A stretch of DNA of 56,142 nt from Elusimicrobiota bacterium (GTDB lineage: Bacteria; Elusimicrobiota; Elusimicrobia; Elusimicrobiales; UBA9959). Each line of letters opens with the position of its first letter. Positions within the stretch are counted from its first letter, which is position 1. This document shows, in pieces, positions 20,509-30,149 of this stretch. The stretch spans positions 1 through 56,142 of the forward strand of contig JAHJSU010000052.1 in the NCBI GenBank assembly GCA_018829985.1, in the 5' to 3' direction. The translations under genes and the position numbers were made by a program. The notes below the pieces were generated by a model that was not told the DNA's origin, ran no database searches, and saw only the letters and a list, made by a program, of their open reading frames with translations.

Positions 20509-21849
20509 ATGACGAACCCAAGCGCCCAAATCCGCCATAAGCCTTCCAAACAGGCTTTGCTCCTGCGGTCTTTTCAACACAGGAACTATCGCCTTTTTTT
20601 CGGGGGGCAGAGCATCTCGCTTATAGGCACATGGATGCAGAGCGTGGCCATGAGCTGGCTGGTTTACAGGCTTACCGGCTCGGCCCTGCTGCTGGGCGTT
20701 GTGGGTTTTGCTTCCCATATACCTATTTTCCTGCTTGCCCCGGTGACGGGTCTGGCGGCGGACCGCTATAACCGGCATAAGATACTGATAATTACCCAGA
20801 CTTTAGCCATGCTTCAGGCTTTGGTCCTGGCTTTCCTTGTTCTCTCGGGCCGGGTACAGGTATGGCACATAGTCGTTTTAAGCGCGTTCCTGGGTTTGGT
20901 GAACTCTTTTGATATCCCGGCCCGGCAGGCCTTTGTCATCGAGTTGGTGGAAAAAAAGGAGGACCTGGGCAACGCCATAGCCCTTAACTCATCCATGTTC
21001 AACGCCGCCCGGCTCGCGGGGCCGTCTATCGCGGGAGTGCTTATAAGCGCGGTGGGGGAGGGAATGTGCTTTCTTTTGAACGGCCTCAGTTATATCGCGG
21101 TGCTGGCGGCGCTGTTCTCGATGGATCTTGTGCGGAGGAAAAAAGAAAGCGTTTCCGGCGGCGTCTTTAAGCGGCTTAAAGAAGGTTTTGCCTACACTTT
21201 TGGTTTCGCGCCCATACGGTACATAATACTTTTGCTCGCTTTGACGAGCCTTACCGGCATGTCTTATATCGTTCTTATGCCTGTGTTCGTAAAGGAAGTC
21301 CTTCACGGCGGACCTGAGACCCTTGGTTTCCTGATGGGCTGCTCGGGCCTGGGCGCTTTGACCGCGGCTTTGACCCTGGCCGGCAGGAGAAGCGCCGCCG
21401 GCCTGGAGAAAAAAATACCGCTTGCGGGCTGCTTGTTCGGCGCCGGGCTTATCGCTTTGTCTTTCTCAAAATCTTTTGCGTTTTCCGCCTTTTTTATCGC
21501 CCTGGCGAGTTTCGGCATGATAAATCAGATGGCTTCCAGCAATACCGTAGTTCAGACCGTGGTCGATGACGATAAGCGGGGACGGGTCATGGCGTTCTAC
21601 GCCATGGCTTTCATGGGGATGGCGCCTTTTGGCAGTCTGCTGGCGGGTTTTACGGCGAGCAAAATAGGGGCGCCTTACACGATATTGTTAAGCGGCGTGG
21701 CGGCTATAGCGGGCGCGGCGGCTTTTTTCAGCCGCCTCGGCGAATTAAAGGAAAAAGTCCGGCCGATATATCTGAAGCTGGGCCTTATTCCCGGAGCGTC
21801 CGCCGGAAGCGGAACGACCGGAAAACTTGCCGCCCCGCCGGAAAATTAA
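20509..21849 (+). CDS. MFS transporter
   Basis: 446 aa, about 12 hydrophobic segments. The N-terminal FRHRNYRLFFGGQSISLIGTWMQ pattern is typical of the MFS_3/EntS-like family. Confidence 0.85.
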   Translation: MTNPSAQIRHKPSKQALLLRSFQHRNYRLFFGGQSISLIGTWMQSVAMSWLVYRLTGSALLLGVVGFASHIPIFLLAPVTGLAADRYNRHKILIITQTLAMLQALVLAFLVLSGRVQVWHIVVLSAFLGLVNSFDIPARQAFVIELVEKKEDLGNAIALNSSMFNAARLAGPSIAGVLISAVGEGMCFLLNGLSYIAVLAALFSMDLVRRKKESVSGGVFKRLKEGFAYTFGFAPIRYIILLLALTSLTGMSYIVLMPVFVKEVLHGGPETLGFLMGCSGLGALTAALTLAGRRSAAGLEKKIPLAGCLFGAGLIALSFSKSFAFSAFFIALASFGMINQMASSNTVVQTVVDDDKRGRVMAFYAMAFMGMAPFGSLLAGFTASKIGAPYTILLSGVAAIAGAAAFFSRLGELKEKVRPIYLKLGLIPGASAGSGTTGKLAAPPEN

Positions 21850-22072
21850 CCCGAAAATTGCGGTTGGCTGTCTGCAACCGCGATTCAATTCGCGGTAGCT
21901 ATCTTTATGGCTATGGCGGTGTCGTCGAAGCTGAACCCGGTCAGGTGGATGCCGCCCACAAGGCCCTGCGGCAGGAACCGCTTAACGAAATCGGCGGAGA
22001 TCGCTGCATGCTCGGTCCACGCAGCCTTGTCGTACTTAAGGGAAAGGTATTTTTTATATAAGGTTTTCCTGA

Positions 22073-23338
22073 TTAAAATTCAAATCCGAGGCACAACAGG
22101 CCCTGAGCCAGACGCAGGCCGGTTATATTCACGCCCTGGGCAAAAGAGGGCAGGAACGCCGTGTTTTCCATCTTGAGCTCGATGGTTCTGTCGTCAAGCT
22201 TCCTGGCTTTCATCACCTTGGCCAGGGCCTTGTTGCCGGAGACGCCTTCCACCACCGAGGTTATAATCTTGTTCTGCAGCCAGTTGTTGATGAAGCCGGG
22301 CAGGCCTATGCCGTAGGCCTTGTCAATCTCTATCCTTTCGAAATATATTTTAAGGGTGTTGGGCCCGGTCAGGGCGGGCAGTACCGTGACCGTGAAATAA
22401 ACGTCGGGCTTAAGGAATATGTCGCGGGCGTAAATCTTGCCGGCCAGCTCAAGGCGGCCGTCGGCGCGGAACTTGACGCCGCCGTCAGAGCCCCGGGGCT
22501 TAAGGTCGAAGTCGGTGTCTTTGGTGTATCTGAGCAGGAAATTCGTCAACAGGCCGTCGGAAAGGGCCAGGTTGCAGCCGCTCAGCTGCGCTATGTCGGC
22601 GCCGGAGCCCGATTTAACGCTCAGGGTAAAACCCTTGTCGTCAAAGCTGAAGGCCGTAAGATTTATATCAGTTAAAAGACCGGGCAGCAGGGGAGCGGCT
22701 ATCTTGGGGGAAATCGCCGCGCGCAGGGTCCAGGATACCTTGTCGTAATTGAAGGAGAGGACGTCCTTCGCTTTCATAGGGACATTATTCTTCGCGAAAG
22801 CGGTGTTCATGGTTGCCAAGATGCCGGCGGTCATCTTTTCCACCACGAACGCCATCACCTCGTTTTTGTCTAACCGGGGCAGGCCGGCGGCTTTGGGCCC
22901 GAAAGCTATATTGACTTCCACTTTCAGGAACTTTATTGCGAGGCTGTTCTTTCCCTCGAACCAGGGTTTGAACAGAATGACCGGCTCCGCCTCTATTCCG
23001 TTGATGTTGACGCTTATGTTCCGTAAAGCTAGATAGTCGCCCTCGCGGCTGAGTACGGGCGCGGCCGGGTCAAGCGCCTGCACCTGATCGGATATCTCCG
23101 CCAGCCGCTTGTTGAGCTCCGCAAAAGGGAGCGTTATACTCATGTCCAGGGCCGGGGCGGGCATATTGGGGGCCTTGGTCGGGGCCTGGACCGGCTCGGC
23201 CGGAACGGGAACGGCGGCGGCATTATCCGCGCCGTTCAGGTCCGCCAGGGAGATGGAATTAAGGTCAAAGCCTTCGCCGGCGTAACCGGCGGCGGCCAGG
23301 TAAATAGTTGCGACTGCTGCGAGCATGATTTTTTTCAT
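22073..23338 (-). CDS. secreted hypothetical protein
   Basis: Start MKKIMLAAVATIYLAAAGYA (signal peptide) with GAGAGGA SD; the track ORF begins 7 codons earlier. No catalytic motif recognised. Confidence 0.6.
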   Translation of the reverse strand: MKKIMLAAVATIYLAAAGYAGEGFDLNSISLADLNGADNAAAVPVPAEPVQAPTKAPNMPAPALDMSITLPFAELNKRLAEISDQVQALDPAAPVLSREGDYLALRNISVNINGIEAEPVILFKPWFEGKNSLAIKFLKVEVNIAFGPKAAGLPRLDKNEVMAFVVEKMTAGILATMNTAFAKNNVPMKAKDVLSFNYDKVSWTLRAAISPKIAAPLLPGLLTDINLTAFSFDDKGFTLSVKSGSGADIAQLSGCNLALSDGLLTNFLLRYTKDTDFDLKPRGSDGGVKFRADGRLELAGKIYARDIFLKPDVYFTVTVLPALTGPNTLKIYFERIEIDKAYGIGLPGFINNWLQNKIITSVVEGVSGNKALAKVMKARKLDDRTIELKMENTAFLPSFAQGVNITGLRLAQGLLCLGFEF

Positions 23339-23568
23339 ATTGGTTTTTCCTCTCTTCATAATAACAGGTTACCATCAGGCCGGCGCGCCGGCCAGTGTTA
23401 AAAGGCCCGATTTCTTTGGGCCAGGAGGTTCAATGACGCATAGGCCTTTTTTTATTTTTATGTGGGTATTCCGCCCCGTGTAATTGACGACCCCGCCCCG
23501 CACTTTGGCCTTTCAGAAAAAGTGCGGCGCCCGCGCCGGCTGACTGATTCTCTTATTAACACGAAATT

Positions 23569-23737
23569 CTGCCCGGGCATTTTTCCGGCCGGACAGCGGA
23601 CGCGTTGTCAAAAACCGCGATACATTACTCTCCAGCGGCTTTTTTTTTGTATTATAGCCTTTAACGCGGATCCGGCAAAGATAGGAAGGGGCTCCAGAGG
23701 CGTTAACTCGCGATAATTGGCTTTATGTTTCCTGCAG
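23569..23737 (+). promoter_or_regulatory. conserved upstream module, copy 3 (upstream of secreted-protein gene at 24097)
   Basis: CGGACAGCGGACGCGTTGTCAAAAACCGCG, TTTTTTTTTGTATTATAGCCTTTAACGCGGATCCGGCAAAGATAGGAAGGGG, AACTCGCGATAATTGGCTTTATGTTTCCTGCAG. Confidence 0.7.
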
Positions 23738-23779
23738 ATAACTCGATGCTATAGGAATTTCCTTTTTGGGCGGCGCAGG

Positions 23780-23840
23780 ATTAGCCGCAAAAGGCGCAGA
23801 AAGCGTATAATTAGCCGCAAAAAAGCGCAAAAAGCGTAAA
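23780..23840. repeat. 30-nt tandem direct repeat x2 (ATTAGCCGCAAAAGGCGCAGAAAGCGTATA)
   Basis: The second unit is attagccgcaaaaaagcgcaaaaagcgtaaa, and a third begins attaggg. Confidence 0.8.
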
Positions 23841-24096
23841 TTAGGGAAACTGTAATAAACCACCAAGGACACAATACCTGCGTAGGTGCCGTATCAGGGC
23901 CTATGGCCAACAAACGGCCAAAGTATAGAACGGAAAGGAAAGACAATATCAACTTTGTGGCCTTTGTGGTTAAATTGAAAAAAGTCCCTGCCTGCCGGCA
24001 GGCAGGCGCCCGAAGGGCGTTGATTTATAAATAGCCGCAGCCCCTTGGGCTGCCCGGTAAAGAGAATTAGGAGACAAATTAAAGGGGTTGAAAAAT

Positions 24097-24978
24097 ATGA
24101 AATTTATAAAACTGTTTTTTCAAACGATTTTGCCGGTGTTTTTTTGTTTTTCTATTGCCTGGCCGGGAGTGGTGATTAACATGGAAATGGAATCGGTAAA
24201 AGGGGTCAATTATCAAAAAACCAAAGCCTGGTATTCTATTGTGCCTCTCGCTTCGCGGTTGGATATGAATATATCCATTCCTCAAAAGCCTGATCCTTCC
24301 GAAGAGTCGGAGGAAGCCGAACCTCGCACGCAGCGCGCTACGGTAATATTGCGTTTGGATAAAAAGGTTTTTTGGATGATTATGCCGGAGAATAAAGCTT
24401 ATTGCGAATTTACTTTTGAAGATTTTAAGAAAATGCAGGAGGAAGGAAAAACGCCGTTAACTGAGGGGAACCCGCAAAGTATTTCAGGGTCTTTTGGATA
24501 TAAACGGGTTAAGGGCGCGAAGAAAATTATCGGATATACTGCGAAAAAGTATAATATTTGGGACGATAAATATACAGGGGTGTCATGGGCGGCTGATATC
24601 AAAAAATTCGGAACCATTGAAAAATTCGGCAAAAATCAAGCCGAGGCGTTTAAAGAATACGGTATTTTGGGTGTAGGCGAAAAACATAATGTCCCCGGCA
24701 TCGTGCTTGAGCAAAAGACAAAAACCGAAGATGGTGTGAGCTCCGAGGTAAAAGTTAAATCAATACGGATCAAAAAATTTTCCGGGGATACATTTAGTTT
24801 ACCGGAGGACTTTACTGAAATCGATCTTCAAGCGTGGATGAAATTTAAAGATAGTTTTAATCCCGGAAAGATCTGGTCAAAAATGAAAGAAGAAGTAAAA
24901 GAGCAGGCGAAGGAAGAAATAAAAAGCCAGGGGAGAAAAGCGGCGACGAGCGCCGTCAAAGGTTTATTGGGGTGGTAA
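24097..24978 (+). CDS. secreted hypothetical protein, Lys/Glu-rich C-terminus
   Basis: ATG 24097 with AAAGGGG SD; the track uses the TTG at 24088. Signal-like MKFIKLFFQTILPVFFCFSIAWPG. Confidence 0.6.
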   Translation: MKFIKLFFQTILPVFFCFSIAWPGVVINMEMESVKGVNYQKTKAWYSIVPLASRLDMNISIPQKPDPSEESEEAEPRTQRATVILRLDKKVFWMIMPENKAYCEFTFEDFKKMQEEGKTPLTEGNPQSISGSFGYKRVKGAKKIIGYTAKKYNIWDDKYTGVSWAADIKKFGTIEKFGKNQAEAFKEYGILGVGEKHNVPGIVLEQKTKTEDGVSSEVKVKSIRIKKFSGDTFSLPEDFTEIDLQAWMKFKDSFNPGKIWSKMKEEVKEQAKEEIKSQGRKAATSAVKGLLGW

Positions 24979-25072
24979 AATATATAGAATAGCGTTTTCC
25001 CGCAGTTTTAGACGAGCCCGGCGCCTGTGCAAGTATCCTGAATTTTGTAAAATTCAGCCCAGGAACTTCCTT

Positions 25073-26206
25073 ATGACAACCCCGGTTTTTTCCGGCGACC
25101 TGAAGAATATCCTCAAAGCCGTCTCCAGGACGCTTTACCTCAGCATAAATGTACTGCCCCATCCGCTGAAAACCTCCATGGCCATGGGCTATCTCCTGGC
25201 CAGGACCATGGACACCATTGTGGATTGCCCTAAAGTTCCGCCGGGCGAAAAACTTGAGATGCTCCGGCTTTTCAGGGGGCTTAATAACAGGTCTAATTCC
25301 TGGGCGCTGGCCGCCAGAATAAAGCCGGCGGCTTCAAAACCCGCCGATATTAAAGAAAAGGAATTATTGTTTAAATTTGAAAAGATACTGGCGGTTTACT
25401 CCGCTTTCCCGGAACAGGAAAGGGCGCTTCTGGATTCCCTGATAAACGGCGTGGCCAAAGGCATGGAGATGGACGTGGCGCTTTTTGAAACGGCTCCCGG
25501 CGTGCCCCGCACTTTGGGCATAGAAACAGACAATAGGGGAGCAGGACATAAGCTTGAGCCCGTACCCGGTGAACCCAAAGTGCGGGGCGTGAGCGCCCTT
25601 AAAACCGAGGAGGAACTGAAAACTTATTGCGCCCTTATAGGCGGGGAGCCCGGGATTTTCTGGGCCCGGCTTTACCGGGAGGCCATCCGGCGCAATAACA
25701 TCAACATCGCGCAATTTCCGTCCGAAACGGCAGCCTGCCTTATAGGTTCGGCGCTGCAAATGACCAATATATTAAAGGATCTGGCCGCCGACCTGCGTAT
25801 AGGGCGCTGCTACCTGCCTGCCTGCGACCTGGCCCGGAAAAACCTTCGCCCCGCGGATCTGTTAAAAGCGGAAAACATGGAAAGGCTGCGTCCCCTGGTC
25901 TATCAGTGGATAGTCTGGGCCGTGGACTGCCTTGACCTGAGCGAGGAGTTCGTGGCTTCCATTCCCAAAACCGAACTCGCTTTGCGCGCCGCCGTCATCT
26001 GGCCGGTCTACTGGGCCATGGATACCCTTTTGGAGGCGGCAAAAGCGAATCTCCTTGACCCTTTGGCCAGGCCCAGGATAAAAAGGAACAAGATCTATTC
26101 CACCATCCTCTCCACGCCGCCTTTGCTGCTCAGCAACACCGCTTTTGCCAGGGGTTATCGTTTTAAACGTGAAATTCTGATACTGGTGCTGTCGGGAGGC
26201 AGTTAG
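25073..26206 (+). CDS. squalene/phytoene synthase family protein (squalene-synthase-like), with hairpin-encoded insert
   Basis: Asp-rich motifs ARTMDTIVD and NILKDLAAD, plus YCALIGGEPG. 377 aa, longer than usual for the family as I recall it. Confidence 0.75.
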   Translation: MTTPVFSGDLKNILKAVSRTLYLSINVLPHPLKTSMAMGYLLARTMDTIVDCPKVPPGEKLEMLRLFRGLNNRSNSWALAARIKPAASKPADIKEKELLFKFEKILAVYSAFPEQERALLDSLINGVAKGMEMDVALFETAPGVPRTLGIETDNRGAGHKLEPVPGEPKVRGVSALKTEEELKTYCALIGGEPGIFWARLYREAIRRNNINIAQFPSETAACLIGSALQMTNILKDLAADLRIGRCYLPACDLARKNLRPADLLKAENMERLRPLVYQWIVWAVDCLDLSEEFVASIPKTELALRAAVIWPVYWAMDTLLEAAKANLLDPLARPRIKRNKIYSTILSTPPLLLSNTAFARGYRFKREILILVLSGGS

Positions 26207-26311
26207 GTAACAGTTTAGTCAAACCGAAGGTAGTTGCAGAGCTTGCTCTGCGAGCAATAGGCAAAGCAAGCTTTGCCACTACATATTTTTTTAGGAAAGC
26301 TAAACTATTAC
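26207..26311. repeat. GTAACAGTTTAG / CTAAACTATTAC-bounded element with internal mini-hairpins
   Basis: Starts at the nucleotide after the stop at 26206. Internal gcagagcttgctctgc and ggcaaagcaagctttgcc hairpins, and a further hairpin at approx 26313-26348. Confidence 0.75.
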
Positions 26312-26412
26312 GCAGTTAGTTGCTCCTGAAAAAGTCGCAACTAATGTATCGCTGTCATCGGTTTTGAAAATCACCGTAATCATAGTTAGCCCTTAAGAAA
26401 GTAAGGAAACAA

Positions 26413-26919
26413 ATGGCAAAAATAATACTAACAGCGGTTTTCACGCTTATAACGGTGTCGTTCATGTGCGCCTGTTCCTCCTCGCGCAAGCGCGACCCGG
26501 TGGATCTGGAGGAAACGCGCCGCGCCTCGCTTGAAATGCAGTCCCTGATGGACATGGCGTCTTCGCGCGCTATTCCGCCCGTGGATTTTGAGACCGGCTC
26601 GGCGGTATTGGCTCCAAGTTCATACGCCATGCTTGACCGGGTGGCCGGGCTGCTGCTGCGCCATCCCCTGCTTAAGCTTATAGTGGAAGGTCATACCGAC
26701 GACGTGGGGGGGGACGAGCGCAATGAGACGCTTTCGCTTGAAAGGGCCGGGTCTGTGAAGCAGTACCTGGCTTCCAAAGGCATCCACCCGGACTCCATCA
26801 GGATCTACGGCTTCGGGGCTAAGCGCCCGGTTTCGGAGGATCTTTCGGACAGAGGCCGGGCTTTGAACAGAAGGGTGGAATTTAAGATAACGACCAGGGA
26901 TTGGGAATCGGTGTTCTAG
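26413..26919 (+). CDS. OmpA-family lipoprotein
   Basis: Lipobox-like LITVSFMCAC, and a C-terminal OmpA-like domain (GHTDDVGGDERNETLSLERA, NRRVEF). Confidence 0.85.
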   Translation: MAKIILTAVFTLITVSFMCACSSSRKRDPVDLEETRRASLEMQSLMDMASSRAIPPVDFETGSAVLAPSSYAMLDRVAGLLLRHPLLKLIVEGHTDDVGGDERNETLSLERAGSVKQYLASKGIHPDSIRIYGFGAKRPVSEDLSDRGRALNRRVEFKITTRDWESVF

Positions 26920-27010
26920 CCCGAAAGGATAAAGGATTAAGGCTAAGGGGCGGAAAAATCTGATTATAGCGGGTGCGTTTTTCCTTCAGCCTTTATCCTT
27001 TAGCCTTCGG
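26920..27010. repeat. GGATAAAGG-word hairpin bounded by CCCGAA / TTCGG
   Basis: Fills the entire spacer between the convergent stops at 26919 and 27012. Confidence 0.85.
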
Positions 27011-27011
27011 T

Positions 27012-28379
27012 TTATTTGCGTCTTCTCGCCGCCTGGACAGCCTTGTATTTGTAGGCGAACTTGGACTTCTTGTGAGGCTGCCGGGTCTCCTCGTCGGACC
27101 ATTCAAAAACCTTGCCGGATACGGTTACCGTGTCGCCCGCGGTTACTCCGGCTTTTTTAAGGGCCTTATCCAGCCCGATAAGCCGGAAGATACTTTTGAG
27201 ACGGTGCAGGGAGTCGGGTTGCGCGAGATTGGTCATGGCGATGATCTTGTGCAGCGCAACGCCTGCGACCCCGTAATTTCTGTCATCTATCTTTGTGATA
27301 TCAAATCCTTGCCGTACCGGTTTGTGGAGCGCCTCCGGGTCGAGCCCGTCATCCGTCTTGTAGACTTCCGGTTCCTTAAGCCCGGGCAGGAGGGCGATTA
27401 TTTTGTCCAGCAGGGGGCCGATACCGGCCCCGGTAACGGCTGAGATCAGAAATATTTCATATTTTTTATATTTCTTTTTAAGCTGTACGTATACTTTTTT
27501 CGCCGGGGGCAGGTCGGCTTTGGTTACGGCTATTATGCGGCGTTTCCTGGCAAGTTCCGGATGGAAATTCTTAAGTTCCCCCGCTATGACCGGCACCGAA
27601 TTCACGGGTTTGGACTTGCCGAAACCCAGCGGGTCCACAAGATGCAGTATAAGTTTGGTCCGCAGGATGTGCTTTAAGAACACGCACCCCAGGCCTTTTC
27701 CCTTGTGCGCGCCTTCTATAAGGCCGGGGATATCGGCCACGGCGAAACTTTTACCCTTGTGGCGCGTTATGCCCAGATTCGGGTTTAAAGTGGTGAAAGG
27801 GTAGGCGGCGATCTTCGGGCGGGCGGCCGAGATCCGGGACAGCAGGGTGGATTTCCCGGCATTCGGGAAGCCCACCAGCCCCACGTCCGCCAGGACGCTC
27901 AGCTCGAGGTCGGCGCACAGCTCTTCCCCGGGTTCGCCTTTTTCCGAGATCTTGGGCGCGGTATTGAACTTGGTCTTAAAAGCGATATTTCCCCTGCCCC
28001 CGCGTCCGCCTTTGGCCGCCAGAACGCTGTCTCCCGTCTTTTTAAGGTCCGCCGTTATACGGCCGTTGATCTTTATCAGCGTGCCGCACGGGACGAGCAG
28101 GCGGATATCTTCGGTCCCGCGTCCGCTCATCCTTTTACCTTTGCCGGGCCCGCCGTCCCCGGCCGTTATATGGGGATGGGCCGCAAGCTCGGTGAGGGTG
28201 TTGATGTTTTCGGTGGCCTCAAAATAGATGCTTCCGCCCCTGCCGCCGTGCCCGCCGTCGGGCCCGCCGTATGGCACGAATTTTTCGCGCCGGAAGGACG
28301 CGGAACCATTCCCGCCGCTGCCGGCTTTAAGACAGACCCTGGCGGCGTCTATAAATACCGTTTTATCCTGTTTCGACAT
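27012..28379 (-). CDS. obg: GTPase Obg/CgtA
   Basis: Gly-rich Obg fold (GGNGSASFRREKFVPYGGPDGGHGGRGGSIYF), G1 GFPNAGKST, G3 DIPGLIEGA, and a C-terminal extension with a basic tail. Confidence 0.93.
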   Translation of the reverse strand: MSKQDKTVFIDAARVCLKAGSGGNGSASFRREKFVPYGGPDGGHGGRGGSIYFEATENINTLTELAAHPHITAGDGGPGKGKRMSGRGTEDIRLLVPCGTLIKINGRITADLKKTGDSVLAAKGGRGGRGNIAFKTKFNTAPKISEKGEPGEELCADLELSVLADVGLVGFPNAGKSTLLSRISAARPKIAAYPFTTLNPNLGITRHKGKSFAVADIPGLIEGAHKGKGLGCVFLKHILRTKLILHLVDPLGFGKSKPVNSVPVIAGELKNFHPELARKRRIIAVTKADLPPAKKVYVQLKKKYKKYEIFLISAVTGAGIGPLLDKIIALLPGLKEPEVYKTDDGLDPEALHKPVRQGFDITKIDDRNYGVAGVALHKIIAMTNLAQPDSLHRLKSIFRLIGLDKALKKAGVTAGDTVTVSGKVFEWSDEETRQPHKKSKFAYKYKAVQAARRRK

Positions 28380-28397
28380 GATAATCGATCCTTAAAT

Positions 28398-28545
28398 GTA
28401 ACTGCTCACCTATTAAAATGCAGAACGCTGATAACGCTGATTTTTTATGATTAAACATGATTCTTTTCGTTATGTTTGTAGTTATCTGTGTTCATCATAT
28501 TCATCCGCGTCATCTGCGTTCTATGTATTATTGCTGAGTAATTAC
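28398..28545. repeat. GTAACTGCTCA / TGAGTAATTAC-bounded element, GCAGATGA-type words; paralogue of 55981-56065 in opposite orientation
   Basis: ttttatgattaaacatgat and catcatattcatccgcgtcatctgcgttc blocks match the reverse complement of 55981-56065. Confidence 0.8.
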
Positions 28546-28645
28546 CCTTAATCCTTTAAATAAAAAACCCCCTAATATTCTTATCAGGAGGTTTTAGCCC
28601 GTTTCGGATATTATTTCCAGCCTAGGGCTATGCCCATCAGACGGC

Positions 28646-28903
28646 CTAAACCTGGGGATAGACGCTGATCTGTTTTTTTCCGCGTTTTATCCACTCAAAT
28701 TTCACCATGCCCGTCACTTTTGAGAATAGGGTGTCATCGGAGCCTCTGCCCACGTTGATGCCCGGCAGGAATTTGGTGCCTCTCTGCCTGACCAGAATTT
28801 CGCCCGCGTTAACGCTCTGGCTGCCGTAGCGTTTTACGCCGAGGCGCTGGCCCTGGCTGTCTCTTCCGTTAGTTGATGAACCTTGTGATTTTGATCCTGC
28901 CAT
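28646..28903 (-). CDS. rpmA: 50S ribosomal protein L27
   Basis: [35 protein letters not shown]. Confidence 0.93.
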   Translation of the reverse strand: MAGSKSQGSSTNGRDSQGQRLGVKRYGSQSVNAGEILVRQRGTKFLPGINVGRGSDDTLFSKVTGMVKFEWIKRGKKQISVYPQV

Positions 28904-28921
28904 AGTTTTAAAACCTCTAAA

Positions 28922-29007
28922 AACAGTAATTTAGTGATTGAGTGATTTAGTTTAAAAATTTTCTTATCTGTTAACTTAATCTCTTAATTACTGAATCACT
29001 CTAATCA
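28922..29007. repeat. AGTGATT/AGTAATT-word hairpin between rplU and rpmA
   Basis: The 5' arm is agtaatttagtgattgagtgatttag and the 3' arm is ttaattactgaatcactctaatcact. Confidence 0.75.
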
Positions 29008-29319
29008 CTAGGATAACTGGATCTCTTTAACTTCCAATTCGGTCAGTTCCTGGCGGTGCCCCGAACTCTTTTCATAAGCTTTTTTGGGGCGCTTTCTGAA
29101 AATGATGAGCTTGGGGCCTCTGAGATGTCTTATAACCCGGATTGTCACCGTGGCGGAAGGCGAACTCTTGGCGGCCGCGCCGGATTCCTCTTTTGACGCG
29201 GACCACAAAGCTTTAAAAGTCACCTCTTCGCCTTCTTTCGCGGTGAGTTTTTCAACCTGTAAAATTTCGCCCGGGACGACCCAATACTGCTTCCCGCCTG
29301 TTTCAATTATAGCGTACAT
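29008..29319 (-). CDS. rplU: 50S ribosomal protein L21
   Basis: MYAIIETGGKQYWV start; the track ORF begins 3 codons earlier. Confidence 0.9.
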   Translation of the reverse strand: MYAIIETGGKQYWVVPGEILQVEKLTAKEGEEVTFKALWSASKEESGAAAKSSPSATVTIRVIRHLRGPKLIIFRKRPKKAYEKSSGHRQELTELEVKEIQLS

Positions 29320-29454
29320 GATAAACATATCTTACCAAAAACGGCGCCTTTAAGCAAACGTGCCGAAATTTTACCGGCAATTCCGCCGCTGTTTGCGGAA
29401 TTGCTTTTGGCAATCGCCGGGAGCTTTTTGTTATAATTTCCAGGAGGTGAAATT

Positions 29455-30147
29455 ATGAACAGTATCAGCGACATAGTTTATTTGTTTCTTACGCCGGTTT
29501 TGCGCATAAGGAAAGAGTTCTTCAATTGCGTTCACAATATCGCCGCCGCGCTTATATTTGTGATCTTCGGGCTTTTCATGGCCCGGGTTTTAAGTTCTTT
29601 CGTGGAACGGTTTTTGAGTAAAATAAAACTTGACCACTATACCAGCCGCATAGGAATAAACGAAATTCTGGTCAGATTCGGTTTCGGCAAATCGCCTTCC
29701 TATATTGTGGGTTTTATCGTTTACTGGACGCTTCTGGCGGTTTTTTTTGTGGAAGCCGCCAGGATGCTTAATTTCGACATTCTCTCCGTCATTCTTCAGC
29801 GTTTTCTCGTCGAATTCGTGCCCAAAATAGTGGCGGCGGTGTTCATAGCGTTCGGCGGCCTGCTTTTCGCGAGATTTATGCTGGGTATCGTGCAGAACTC
29901 GGCGGCCGCCAATAATCTGAAAGGCGGCCAGGCGCTTTCAAAAATAGTTCATTTTGTAATTCTTATCTTTACGACCATAGTGGCGGTGGAACAGATGGGC
30001 ATAGAGATGAAGATAATCCGCTCAAGCTTCAATATCCTTTTCGCTTCGCTGGGCCTGGCGTTCGCCATAGCGGTGGGGCTGGGCACCAAAGACATCGCCC
30101 GTGACATCATAAAAGGCATGTTCACCGAAAACAAGGAAGAAAAGTAA
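29455..30147 (+). CDS. polytopic membrane protein with repeated TM-helix modules
   Basis: 230 aa, four or more hydrophobic helices with internal similarity. No catalytic motif. Confidence 0.6.
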   Translation: MNSISDIVYLFLTPVLRIRKEFFNCVHNIAAALIFVIFGLFMARVLSSFVERFLSKIKLDHYTSRIGINEILVRFGFGKSPSYIVGFIVYWTLLAVFFVEAARMLNFDILSVILQRFLVEFVPKIVAAVFIAFGGLLFARFMLGIVQNSAAANNLKGGQALSKIVHFVILIFTTIVAVEQMGIEMKIIRSSFNILFASLGLAFAIAVGLGTKDIARDIIKGMFTENKEEK

Positions 30148-30149
30148 AA

